A stretch of DNA of 64,000 nt from NCBI GenBank assembly GCA_004764695.1, contig SMSO01000025.1:1116001-1180000 (forward strand), in the 5' to 3' direction. The position numbers and the translations under genes are program-made. This document shows positions 25,705 through 37,571 of this stretch, in pieces (position 1 is the first letter of the stretch; each line of letters opens with the position of its first letter). Source of the stretch: Schizochytrium sp. TIO01. Lineage: Eukaryota > Protista > Bigyra: Labyrinthulomycetes. Under the pieces are notes generated by a model that saw only the letters and a program-made list of their open reading frames with translations, made no database searches and was not told where the DNA came from.

Positions 25705-28607
25705 CTGTGCGCTGATCCTCAGGCTGGTCCCACTACGTAGCGGTTCCCCTCTTCTCACCAGCAAGCAGGCAAGTACCTAGCTAGCACCTGGTATACGCGT
25801 GCTAGAGCTGCCGATAGCCACGCAGCATCCGCCAGCTTCAGGCTCGGCTTCGCGCAGGGTACATGCCTACTACAGCAGTCGCAGGGCCGCTCAGAAAGGC
25901 CGCCAGCCAGTCTGTTGAACTTGGCTCGCGAGGTGCCTTGGCTGCTGCGTCCACAACTTGGATTCGGCGAGGCGCTTTCAAGTTGTTTCCATGCATAATA
26001 CTTGCATAGATGCATATATGGGTACGACTTGAGGATTGGCGCAAAGATAGATAGACAAACACCTCGACATCTACTCGAAATACCTCGCGAATACCCGTCG
26101 CTGAAGCGACAAGAGAACGGAGGGACGCAGGTGCTCGACCGGGGGCAGCAGGATCCTCGAGGACCTCCTGAATTGCCTTCGCGCAAGTCAAGTCGCCGAC
26201 GAATTCGGACGGGAGATCCCTTCAAGTCATCTTCTCTCAAATCTGGAAGAACCTCCCTCAGTCGGGACCTCCGCTTTCCCTCTTGTAATACCGTGCACGA
26301 TTTCGTGGCCTCAGAATCTCGTCCATCCAACCTTTCTACGAAACCACACTGACTGGACCTCTTCTTACCCTTAGCCGATCACCAGCCGCTGAGCTCAGAG
26401 CTCTTCTTGCTCAGCGCCGCCGCCCTCTACCTGCGTCATCTCTACGCACCCGCTTGCACAGCAGCCCGCAACTCCCCTGCACGCAAGGTCTTCAGCGTGA
26501 TCACCTAAGGGCCCTGAAGTTCGTACGTACAACCATTCCCCATACCTCTTGGACCGTTCTTCACAGCCTTTCTCAGCCACCGACTCACGGCTCGTTGGGA
26601 GTGGCAAGAGCTGCCTGCGGCAGCTCTGTAGCAGGCTAGAGGAGCTGGAGGAGCTAGGTATCCTGGCAGGCGACACAGAGGCAGATCTGCTTTGGTTTGG
26701 GACAGCTGCTTGGAATTCTGGACTCCCAGAAAAGCACGCTTGTGCTCGTGCCAGCTTCCAGAGACGCTAGTGTGGCCGACGAGCTTGAGTAAAGGGAAGG
26801 TGTAGACTGAGGAGGTTCGGGAACCGTGCTCCTCGTGCTGCGCGCTGGGTCGCACTTGGACTTGTCGAACGATAGCGCGAGATCCCGGCGGAGCGTCTTC
26901 TCGAGTCTAGCGGCAGCAGTCCCGATTTCGCCTGGCCAGGAGACCGTAGCAGCGGAACCAGCTGCTCTGCTCGTGTTCGTTTGTGCTCGTGAGCAAGTCT
27001 GTCCAGCCTGGTTAGCAGCCCTCTCTACTAGTGGCTTGAGAGGTCACCAAACTCGACGAAGCTCAAGCCTAACATTGCCTTGAGGAGCTCGCGGCTGCCT
27101 GCACGAAGGGCTGTCTTGACTCATAGGTAGTGCCGTATTTCTGATTTCTTTAGACACTATTCGTTATTGCTGCTGCGCCTGACACCCAGCGTAGGCAGCT
27201 AGCTGCTCTAGCAAAGAGGCGCCATAGGCAGTTCGTGATTGCGGCTCGCGCCACAGCCACGGACGAAGCAGCGAGCGAGTACGCTCGTGTCGCTGGCGAG
27301 ATAATTCTGGGATTTGACGCTGCGCAAGGTCGGGGGCTTCCAGAGAAGAGCCGAAAGCGACAACCGGCCAATCGAGCGATCGAGAACCAGAGACCAGGTT
27401 TTGGGGCCGAACGTGTCCGACACTCGTGCAGCCATAGATAAGCACGATCTAAGCAGCATTGGTCAGGATAAGGCTCAAAACCAGCTAGACCAACGCACAG
27501 CCGATTCTCCTATATACCAACAGACGAGGCGAGCGATACCAGGAGACGAGCACGCTGAGCGCCGGGACAGACAGACAGCCTGTAGTCTTATACTTACTTG
27601 GGCAGTGGAGCAATTTCGATTTCTTGCGTCTTTCATCGAACTGCTAGCATAAAAATCGATCGTTTGCGAGCGACGCCGTTACAGAGAGCAGACCTTGTTC
27701 TTTAATTCGCTGCAAAGCTAACTACCTCGGTAACGAACGAGGCCTTTACAAGTACATCTCTGCAGCGAGGTAGCCCAAGTAAACAGTGAGTAGACGCTAA
27801 GTTGTCGCTCTGGGCTTCTTCTTCTTTCAAGACGCGTGAAGAGTTCGGGTTCGTAGTTCTTGTTTCACCCACGAAGTGAAGAACCACAGACGCCTAAGAG
27901 TCACTTAATAGTCCATAGGAGCATCACAGAATCAGGACCTCCTCCGGCGTAGCACAATTGCTTGCACGAGGAACTTGGACCTGCCCGCTCACTGAAACGG
28001 TAGGTGGCGCTACCGAGCACCTCTCTAGGACCTCTGCTAGTTTCAAACCCTTGAGCACAGACAGAGTTTTAAACACTAGAGTCGCTTCTGTTTGTCGCTT
28101 TTCTCACGCACGCGTAGCAGATTTGCGAACAGACGAGCTGGGGTCATTTGAAAGATAATCTAGCGCTCGCTAATCTAAACAGTAGCACCCACTAGGCTCT
28201 GTTGGCAAGCAAGCAAGAAGAGGACCCAACGCAGTGAAAGAAAGAGGGCGAGAACCAGTAGAAACGTAGAGCTGTTCACTGCAGACCCTAACGCACGAGG
28301 GCAATTGACATCTGCTTGTTTTAGCGGCGAAGCTGAATACACGAGAGGATCGCTCTTTCTGGAGACATCGGGTGGCGTAAACAGGTCAATCGGGCAAACT
28401 GCGTCATTGTTACTCTAAGTTCTTTGGAAATTCTGCCTTTCTTCCATCTATCTGTCAGAAACAAACAAAAGCAAAACTTCAGACGAGGAGACCAAACAGG
28501 GCCTTCTGCAGGCCTCTTTCGCCAGGGCCGAATCAAACTAGAGCTTCGGAGGTAAATCCTAAACTCATATTTCGTCGTCAAGGCATTTGCTTGCCGAGAC
28601 AAGCAAT

Positions 28608-31600
28608 ATGCCTTCACTGGACTGCTGGCCCGTCGGCCGTGCTGGGAGTGATGGCAAGGAGTCAAAAAATGCTGGAAAGTCAAAGGACGCCGAGACGATT
28701 CTCGTGTTCAACGGTGTTGAGATCAAAGAGGACCAGGGGAAGGACATTGAGAAGGCAGGGTTTATCTCGCGTGTGTTCTTGAGTTGGACGTCTACCCTTA
28801 TTTACAAAGGGTATCGAAGGGCAGAAATCAAGATTGATGATCTCTGGAAATTAAGGCGGGTAGACGACCCAGAAATGCTCTCAGAAGAGTTCTTAATGCT
28901 AATTGAAGATTATCGCCTCGAGGACGGTACCTTGCGTCCATACACTATCTGGCGTATTGCCTATAGAATGTTCAAATGGGAATTCTTTCTGGGTGGCTTT
29001 TTCGAGGTGTTGTATTCAGGAATCTCCTTTCTTGGACCAATAATTCTACGGTATATTATCTTGGAAATTCAAAATGGCACTGCCCAATCAAGTCGAGGGT
29101 ATGGTCTTGCAGCAGCATTGGGCTTTACACAGGCTGCAGGTACTCTTTGTCAGCTCCACTCTCGCTTTTATTGTGTTCAAATAGGACTCAGACTTAGAAA
29201 TGCTCTGAGTCTGGCAACTTTTAAGCAAGTGCTACGTCTTGAACAGGAAGGCAGGCAAGGTCTTTCTGATGGCCAGGTAGTTAACCTTGTCAGCACTGAC
29301 GCCCCAGTAGCAGTTGATTTTATGCGGCTGTTTAACCGCTTTTGGAATGCGCCCCTTATGGTCATTGGAGGTATCATTTACATCTATTTTTATGTTGGTC
29401 CATCCGTGTTTTTTGGCTTTGCTGTAATGCTGGCTTTTATGCCGATTTCAATCAAATTTGGTAAGGTCCAAACGCGTCTACAGCGTAAAAAGATGATGCA
29501 AACAGATACACGTGTGAAAACAGTGAATGAAATGATGCAAGGCATTAAAGTTTTAAAGCTTTACGCGTGGGAGCAGCCCCTGCTTGAATTTCTGAACGGC
29601 ATTCGTAATATCGAAATGAAGGCTATTTCCACCCTCACATACTATCGAGGAATCACAATGCCATTTGCAGTAGCAATGCCTAACATTGCTAGTGTTATTA
29701 CATTTTGTGCGTTTATTCTTTTGGGTAATGAAATCACACCAGCTGATACTTTCACGGTTGTTTCGGCTTGGAATATTATCCGAGGTCCTTTCATAGCTCT
29801 TCCGCTAGCCATCATTTATTTGACGCGCGCATTTGTGTCTGCACATCGCTTTCGCAACTTTTTTGAGCTGAAGATCAATTCATCCAATGACACAGTGGTT
29901 GCAATCGATACACAAGAAGGAGATGAGAACATTAATCAGAGCAGGCGTGTCGGTCAGTCACCTTCCTTTGAAGCTTTGGATCCAGAAAATCATGGCGGAG
30001 ATGGTTCCGCGCGAGCTCTACCCTACGCGGTAGAGGTACATAATGCTAACTTCACATGGAGTATTAATACCGGTGTGAAGCCTCTGGAAAAAGGACTCAA
30101 AGGCAAATTCACCCGAGGTGAGCCAAGCAAAAAGAGTGATGTATCAGCATCTGCAGTGGGGGACACTGAGGGCGGAAAGTCTCCGGAAGCGACAGCACCC
30201 TTCAAACTTGAAGACATTAACTTTTCAATCCCAACCGGCTCACTTGTAGCCATTGTGGGCCGTATTGGAGATGGCAAGTCGTCTTTGCTATCGGCTCTTC
30301 TAGGTGAAATGCGCCCCGTCTCTGGAACTGTCAATATTCACGGTTCCATGGCACTGTGTCAACAAGAGCCTTTTATTATGAATCGTACTGTTCGGGAAAA
30401 TATTTTGTTTGAAGCACCCATGGATGAGGCTCGGTATAATGCCACAATCGAAGCTTGTTCCCTTACATCAGACCTTGAAACTCTGCCAGCTGGGGATCTC
30501 ACAGAGATCGGTGAGCGCGGTGTCAATCTGTCAGGAGGTCAAAAGGCTCGTGTAAGTTTGGCAAGAGCTGTGTATGCTCAACCTGATGTGATTTTCCTCG
30601 ATGATGTTTTATCTGCTGTTGATGCGCATGTTGGCAAGCATATATTCGATCATTGCATTAGCAATAAGCCCCGTTCTGTATTGCGAGGCACCACTCGACT
30701 CTTTGTGACCAACCACTTGCACTTGCTCAAATACATGGACAGTATAATTTTCCTTAAAGACGGTCGTATTGCTGACCAAGGAACATACGATGGGCTTGTC
30801 TCACGTGGTTCACCAGTCTTTGATGCCTTACCTCCAAGTGAGGACAATGCAAGAGATAGCTTTAGTGAAGTGGACACTACAGGTGACCGCACCAGAGAAA
30901 ATTCGACCGTCGATTTGGAGGACGCTTTCAACGAGCTGGAGCGTCGAATTTCTTCCAAGCTATCTGAAGGTCCAAGCGAAATTGAGCGTCGCAAGTCATC
31001 ACAACTTTCTTCAGCATCCATCTCCTCGCGTTCGAATGTGGCTCACGGGTCATACGAAAAGTCAGGAGGAGACATTGCAGATGGCGACGATGTCCTTTCT
31101 GAAGATGATGCTGACAGTACACGGAAAAAGGGCACGCTTGTGAAAGAAGAGGAACGTCAAAAGGGCGCACTGAAGTTTGAGATGATGAAAAGGTATTTTT
31201 TGGCGGGCACTGGAGATTCCTACATTGGTGTTTTTAGCATCATTGCGATCTTCTTTGTTACAGAAGGTGTTTTTTTGAGTATGGACTCCTGGCTTGCACG
31301 TTATTCCGAGGAAGATTCAGACAATCCAACTACCTCGAAAAGGACCTTCCTGCTGGTTTATTTCTTTTTAATGGTGGGATATTTTTGTATTCTCATGACT
31401 CGTGCGGTGGTATATGCCGCTTTCTCAATCAAAGCGTGCCGCACGCTCTATGAGAACCTGCAAGCCAATGTGTTTTATTTGCCAATGAGCTTCTTTTGGC
31501 AAACACCACTAGGTCGTATTCTCAACCGGTTATCAAAAGATACCAATGACATCGATGTCATGCTTTCTCAGCAGCTAAAATGGTTCATGATGATGTCTGT

Positions 31601-32939
31601 TCGCGTCCTTGGCGTAGTTGTACTCATTTGCATGGCAGCACCAATTTTTGCTGTAGCTATCGTACCGTTTGTCATTATTTATGGAGTTTTGCGCGAACTC
31701 TATCGCCGCACAGCTGTGAATGTGCAACGGATCGAGTCTGTTCTTCGTAGTCCAGTCTACTCTCATCTTGGAGAAACACTCCAAGGGGCAGCTACCCTCA
31801 AAGCCTTTCGTCGCAAATATACATGGATCAATGTCGCTAACACTCTGATTGGGCTAAACAACCGGGCCCTTCTCGCGGTCGAAGCAACTCAAATCTGGCT
31901 CACTATGCGCCTCGAATTCCTGGGCGCTCTGATTGTCTTTATAACTGCTGTTGCTATTATTGGCTCTGATGCTGAACCAGGCATGGCTGGACTTGCACTC
32001 TCATACTCTCTCAGTCTTGTCAGCAATCTGCAAATGACTGTAACTGCATCCTCGCAAGTTGAAGCTAAAATGAACGCAGTGGAGCGCGTAATTGAATACG
32101 CAGAAATCCCGAACGAGAAGAAACTTGACGAAGGGTCCTCTTCTCCACCTCCTGAATGGCCCAATGCGGGAGCAATCCGCTTTGACAACGTAACTCTGCG
32201 TTATCGCGAAAACCTCGAACCCGCTTTGCGAGATGTATCCTTCGAGGTTCCAGCAGGGTGCCGAGTTGCAATTGTAGGCGCAACAGGATCAGGCAAGTCA
32301 ACTGCTCTTGTAGCGCTATTTCGCCTGGTTTACCCTTTGGTCAGTGGCCGTCTCTTGATCGATGAAATTGATATTGCTACTGTCCCTGTACATAGATTGC
32401 GAAGCATGGTGACATGCATTCCTCAAGACCCAGTGCTCTTCTCGAGTACTCTTCGTAAGAACCTTGACCCGTTCGAAATGTACTCGGACGAAGAGATATG
32501 GTCTGCAATCGATAAATCACATCTACGCAAAACCGTAGAGGCGCTTCCAGATGGTCTCGTCAGTGCAGTCTCGCAAGGCGGCGAAAACCTCTCGGTGGGT
32601 GAGCGACAGCTTATTTGCATTGCTCGTGCAATTCTTCGCAAGTCGAAAATCGTACTCCTTGATGAGGCCTCGGCGTCTCTGGATCGCCAAACGGATGCTC
32701 TTATTCAAGATAGCATCCGCTCCAGTTTTCCGGATTGTACAATGCTTGTCATTGCCCATCGTCTTGAGACAGTTGTTGATATGGACAGATGTCTTGTGAT
32801 GAATCAAGGTCGCGTGGCAGAGTACGGTTCTTTTGATGAGCTCCTAGCGAATGATGAAGGCCATTTGACACAGCTTTTTGCAGCCGCTGGGATTGATCGA
32901 ATCAATTATCGTGATGCCAAATATCAGGTACACGAGTAA
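28608..32939 (+). CDS. ABC transporter subfamily C (MRP-like, short form TMD-NBD-TMD-NBD)
   Basis: Lasso-like AGFISRVFLSWTSTLIYKG. NBD1: GRIGDGKSS, EIGERGVNLSGGQKAR, IFLDDVLSAVDAH. TMD2: FFWQTPLGRILNRLSKD. NBD2: GATGSGKST, NLSVGERQL, LLDEASASLD, IAHRL. First ATG is at 28608. Confidence 0.96.
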   Translation: MPSLDCWPVGRAGSDGKESKNAGKSKDAETILVFNGVEIKEDQGKDIEKAGFISRVFLSWTSTLIYKGYRRAEIKIDDLWKLRRVDDPEMLSEEFLMLIEDYRLEDGTLRPYTIWRIAYRMFKWEFFLGGFFEVLYSGISFLGPIILRYIILEIQNGTAQSSRGYGLAAALGFTQAAGTLCQLHSRFYCVQIGLRLRNALSLATFKQVLRLEQEGRQGLSDGQVVNLVSTDAPVAVDFMRLFNRFWNAPLMVIGGIIYIYFYVGPSVFFGFAVMLAFMPISIKFGKVQTRLQRKKMMQTDTRVKTVNEMMQGIKVLKLYAWEQPLLEFLNGIRNIEMKAISTLTYYRGITMPFAVAMPNIASVITFCAFILLGNEITPADTFTVVSAWNIIRGPFIALPLAIIYLTRAFVSAHRFRNFFELKINSSNDTVVAIDTQEGDENINQSRRVGQSPSFEALDPENHGGDGSARALPYAVEVHNANFTWSINTGVKPLEKGLKGKFTRGEPSKKSDVSASAVGDTEGGKSPEATAPFKLEDINFSIPTGSLVAIVGRIGDGKSSLLSALLGEMRPVSGTVNIHGSMALCQQEPFIMNRTVRENILFEAPMDEARYNATIEACSLTSDLETLPAGDLTEIGERGVNLSGGQKARVSLARAVYAQPDVIFLDDVLSAVDAHVGKHIFDHCISNKPRSVLRGTTRLFVTNHLHLLKYMDSIIFLKDGRIADQGTYDGLVSRGSPVFDALPPSEDNARDSFSEVDTTGDRTRENSTVDLEDAFNELERRISSKLSEGPSEIERRKSSQLSSASISSRSNVAHGSYEKSGGDIADGDDVLSEDDADSTRKKGTLVKEEERQKGALKFEMMKRYFLAGTGDSYIGVFSIIAIFFVTEGVFLSMDSWLARYSEEDSDNPTTSKRTFLLVYFFLMVGYFCILMTRAVVYAAFSIKACRTLYENLQANVFYLPMSFFWQTPLGRILNRLSKDTNDIDVMLSQQLKWFMMMSVRVLGVVVLICMAAPIFAVAIVPFVIIYGVLRELYRRTAVNVQRIESVLRSPVYSHLGETLQGAATLKAFRRKYTWINVANTLIGLNNRALLAVEATQIWLTMRLEFLGALIVFITAVAIIGSDAEPGMAGLALSYSLSLVSNLQMTVTASSQVEAKMNAVERVIEYAEIPNEKKLDEGSSSPPPEWPNAGAIRFDNVTLRYRENLEPALRDVSFEVPAGCRVAIVGATGSGKSTALVALFRLVYPLVSGRLLIDEIDIATVPVHRLRSMVTCIPQDPVLFSSTLRKNLDPFEMYSDEEIWSAIDKSHLRKTVEALPDGLVSAVSQGGENLSVGERQLICIARAILRKSKIVLLDEASASLDRQTDALIQDSIRSSFPDCTMLVIAHRLETVVDMDRCLVMNQGRVAEYGSFDELLANDEGHLTQLFAAAGIDRINYRDAKYQVHE

Positions 32940-34029
32940 GACGTTTTTCTCTGAATTCAATGATCTACTTAAGAAGATCCTTGATGTACCCAGATTGTTT
33001 TAATATTTAAACTCAACAAAATCAGGGAAAGGGGAAGCTTTGATATTTGCACATAATTAGTCAAGTATATATTTTAAATCATCTAATTGCTCCTGATCCC
33101 TGTACTTCTCACGTATGCAACGCAGCGCCAATTAATTGACCCATGAAGTCTAACCTAACTTGTCACACTCACACCATCCCCATGTATAATTTTCTACTCC
33201 TGTTTCCAAATTTAGCCAAAATCAGTGGTCTACTTCAATAATATCCAACAAAGATGAAAGAGACCTGCCAGTCGTGCGAACACGTATATAGATATTTGCT
33301 TTCTCAGTTTGATTCACCTTGCCAAGGATAGCTAAGTTGAGCTTTACCCAACTTTGACTTAGCCCTGCCACCCCAATTTAAAAAAAAAGTAAAATCTGTA
33401 TGTCTGCCTGAAGCGAAGGATTACAAATGAGCACATACCTACAGCTACCTTTTAATAGACCCTGAGATTTTTCCCACCGCTCCTTTTTTTTTTCTCTCTT
33501 CATCCCCTTATCCTATCATTCCTAGGCTCGAAAAAAGAAAGAATGCAAAAGAAAAACACCTCTATTATTACATTTGTTATCTGCGCCTCTAGCAAATCCT
33601 TTCATCCTGTAAAGAATAAAAACTAATGATCGCACATGAATCCTTCAATTCCAGCCTTCTCGACAATCTGCGGGTTGAGACCTTTGCGCCCTGCACAAGG
33701 TTCCTTGCAGCATGCTCAGGTTTTTCTCTGGGTGTGATGCTTTAGCTACGAGCATTACCCGCTTTCTCCTAAAGACTGGTTTTGGCGATTGTGGAGCACC
33801 GGTTTCTGTATTTAGGATCACCTCCTGTCAGGCAGACAGACCAACACTGTTAGGACTCAACTACTGTTAAAAATAGCAGTGGAAAGCTCCAGCTTAAGTG
33901 CTCTCTATCTCTCTCTGTCATCCAAAACCAAAACTAAAACAGAAGCAATAAGGTGGTCCGCTCGACTAATCCGCTCACTCTTGATTGCTTACTGCTCGTG
34001 GTCGAGGCTCGGAGGCCTGGCGCTTGAGA

Positions 34030-36825
34030 ATGCCACGGGAATCGCGGGAAGCTCCTCAGCGTCGCAGCAGTAAACGGCGGCGCAACGTGATATCGCAGGG
34101 ACATGGGGTTGAAGGTAGGTTTCCAATTCATCACATCTCCCTCTTTCTCGCTCGTTCTGTGTCTTTCACAACAGCTGAGTAAACTTCGAAGGGAAAGAAA
34201 GCACCAAAGATTTAATGAATCATGCCAGGCACAATGTGACTTTGCGTAGAGGTTTTATACAAGAATCTCATAGGCTGGTGTTAACATAGAAGCGACGAGG
34301 GACAGGGGAGATTTTGTTGCTGAGACCTTGAAGACTAATAATTTGAATGCGATTGCGAAACGCTGAATGTGAATTTTATTTTACTGTGCGTGCCTGACGT
34401 AACAATGACTGTATGAATGCACAATAAATAACGTGGACACTTGGGTTGTCTTTCGCGTATATAATATAATTGAACAGCGGTGACTGTGGAAAAGGTGTTT
34501 GATAATGAGAATGGGCGCACCGTGCTCTATGTTTCTGGGGCTATTGGCCAACGCTCCTTTAAAGGAATAATGATTGAGCCCACCAAGACAATTGAAGGTG
34601 ACGGAACTACTCTTGAACAGCTTCTCTCGTGGCATCTTTTGAACACGGAGCCGCCTGGGTGGGAAATTAACCCTCCAAGGAAACAGATCGTTGTCGCCAA
34701 TGTTTCGAAGCGTGCTGCACGGCGAGCTACATCTTCACCTGCACCTTCACCTGCAAATAGCACCAAACCAAGATCAGAGCTTTACGAAAAGGTTCTTGCT
34801 GCCATGAATGGGGCTCCCCCTATTGTGTCGCCACTTGGAGAGCCATCCACAAATGGCGGGACAATCGCTGTTAGCTCCGGAAATGCAACTAGTGCGGCGC
34901 CCGAAACCGGAACATTGGCTACACGGTCAAGGCCAAAAGTGCTTGTACTGGGTGCAGGCCTTGCAGGTCTATCTAGTGCCATTAATTTGGCAAGTTTCAA
35001 CTTTGATGTGACAATCTTGGAAGCCCGAGATCGTCCTGGAGGTCGGTGCTGGGCACAAAGTGTGGGTGAAAATGATGCCATGGTCGATCTTGGTGCAGGG
35101 TGGATTCATGGGGTTCGGGGTAATCCTTTAGCCAAGACCTGTACAGATTATGGACTTGAGATGTCATTTACAGGCACAGGTCAGGTCATTCCTATGTATG
35201 ATGTTAAGAGTGGCAAGCTCACGCCTGCGGAGACCGACACCCGTGTGGAAAAGGTCTTCAACCAAGCTCTTACAGCAGCTTCTTCTGTAGGGGAGGTAGA
35301 CATAATAGCAGATCAAATGGTTACTCGCTATGCACCGTGGGTAAAGAATTGTAAGCAAAAGAAAAGGAGATTTCCTGGACCAGGAGTGTTCCTTCCGTTC
35401 ACACAGAGGTATTTATCAGATCTTGCGCGTTGGAACAAAGTTGTCCCAGAAGTTATGCAGGAAATTGCTGTAGTAATGGAATCAATGTTGTTTGCAACTG
35501 AGTGTATTGCAGAGGAAAAAGCACCTGAACAAACCCCGCTAGGAGATTACATTGGAGTACACTTTGACCAATGCATGCCTGAAGCAAGCGACCTTGAGCG
35601 CCGACTATTTAGCTGGCATAGGTCAAACCTAGAATATGCGAATGCTACAGATCTTGGATCTTTATCGGCTGCTTACTGGAACTTTGATGACGAACATAGT
35701 TTTCCTGGGGCACATGCTCTCATCAAACAAGGTTATGGTACATTAACGTATCACATGGCCCACGATGCACAACAACGGGGCGTAACAATCCGATATGATA
35801 CAGAGGTAAAATCTATAGATTCTGTTCAAGGTATTGTGGCTGGCCACTATGGGCCAGAACAAACACCCTTTCAAGAGCAGGCAGATTATATTATAGCAAC
35901 CTTTTCTTTGGGAGTACTGAAAGCTAATGCTGTGCAATTTTCACCTGCACTTCCACCACAGAAACTCCTCGCAATAGATAAAATGGGCTTTGGAAACTTG
36001 AACAAGGTGGCACTGGCATTCGACGACTGTTTCTGGGACGCTCATTTTCCCGTGTTAGGTCATGTTGCAGAGGTTCCTGGCGAGTTTTTTCTTGTTGTGA
36101 ACATGAAACCTGTTGCACAAAAAAATGTTCTCTTACTTCTTGCATCTGGAGACTTCGGAAACAAATTGGAGGACATGTCTGACCAAGAGGCTGTCGAACG
36201 AGCATGCAAATCACTGCAAGGAATGTTTCCTCGTGTTCGGGTCCCTGCGCCAAAGGATTTCAAAGTAACAAGGTGGAGAAAGGACCGTTTCGCTCGTGGA
36301 AGTTATTCCTATATGAAAGCCGGTGCTTATCCCGATTTAATCGAATACCTTGCTGCCCCCTTAGAAGGAGGAAAGGTCTTCTTTGCGGGTGAGGCGACAA
36401 ACATGAAGCACATTGCTACTGCTCATGGTGCCTTCGAAAGTGGTCAACGAGTGTGTGAAGAAGTTGCAAAGCAATTCATACAAGATGCAACTCCTGGATC
36501 TTCACAAAAAAGCGCATCTGTTCCTCCCCATGAGAAGGTAACCCTACCATCTGTAAGCTATACTGTGCCTCCTCCTACGGTTCGGGCGTCTCCGCCAAAC
36601 GAAGATTTCACTCCGCAGACCTCCTCAACCCCTATAGGCCCTTCTTCTCTTGATGATCATATGGTTCCTGCCCCTGTACCTGATGCCATTCAATCGGACG
36701 AGTTCTTCCATCGTCCTCAAATTGATGATGGTATCAATGACTTTGGGCATCCTTTTGGAGACTATGAAGGCGAGGATGGGTTTGGGGACGTTGACGACCT
36801 CTACTCTGGACAAGACTTGCTTTAA
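34030..36825 (+). CDS. LSD1/KDM1-like FAD amine oxidase; exons 34030..34114 + 34478..36825, 810 aa
   Basis: Motifs GAGLAG, LEARDRPGGR, DLGAGWIHG, KDM1-type SWHRSNLEYANATDLGSLSAAYWNFDD, GFGNLNKV, GSYSY, FFAGEAT. Exon 1 (MPRESREAPQRRSSKRRRNVISQGHGVE) ends at G|GTAGGT in phase 1 and joins AACAG|CG in frame. Confidence 0.88.
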
Positions 36826-37571
36826 GCATTTACAAAGATCAACACAACCGAATAGTATTTTCAAACAACTTATACATCCAAGGTTTAAACGTAAGAAAAC
36901 CTTTCTGAAATATTTGGACTATACATAGACCCTTTCTTTAAATTAAAAAACTAGAAGAATATTAAAAAAAAAACTTCAAAAGACCTAGATATTAACTGAA
37001 GAGAGCTGTCTGTGAGCATGATCATAGTAGAGTCTATAAAAAATATGGTTCATGCAAACTGGTCATTCGAAAAAATTAGGACGTGAACGTATAGAAGAAA
37101 CCTGCCTTACTAAGCTTATAAGGTACTAGCGCGGGCACGAGCAATACGTAAGATGTAGGAAATAACACACATTATAGATTAAGGAGGGATTTGTGGAAAG
37201 CTCAAGCTCTAGAGTAGATCACTACAACTGTGAATAAGTTGCATCGCCATCGTAGCTGATAATGTAGCCTCTTTTAAAAAGCAAAAATGAGGAAAAGGAA
37301 ACGACAAGAAATAAGTTCTCCGTGAATTGTCCTATCCTTTGCGTTTCTTTGGCTAATCAAACATATATGCTTTTAAAGCATGCCAAAAATGTCTAGGTTA
37401 GAGGAGAGATAGGCTTTTACAACCATACGACACACGTACAATCATTCCAGGATGCCTATCGACCTGTTTATGACAACAGTGTATCTTGGAGTAGTGAATA
37501 CAGGTAGTCATGGATTTGAATTTGCTGAAGACAGAAGGTAGGTGCACATGAAGGATGCAGAACTGATCATA

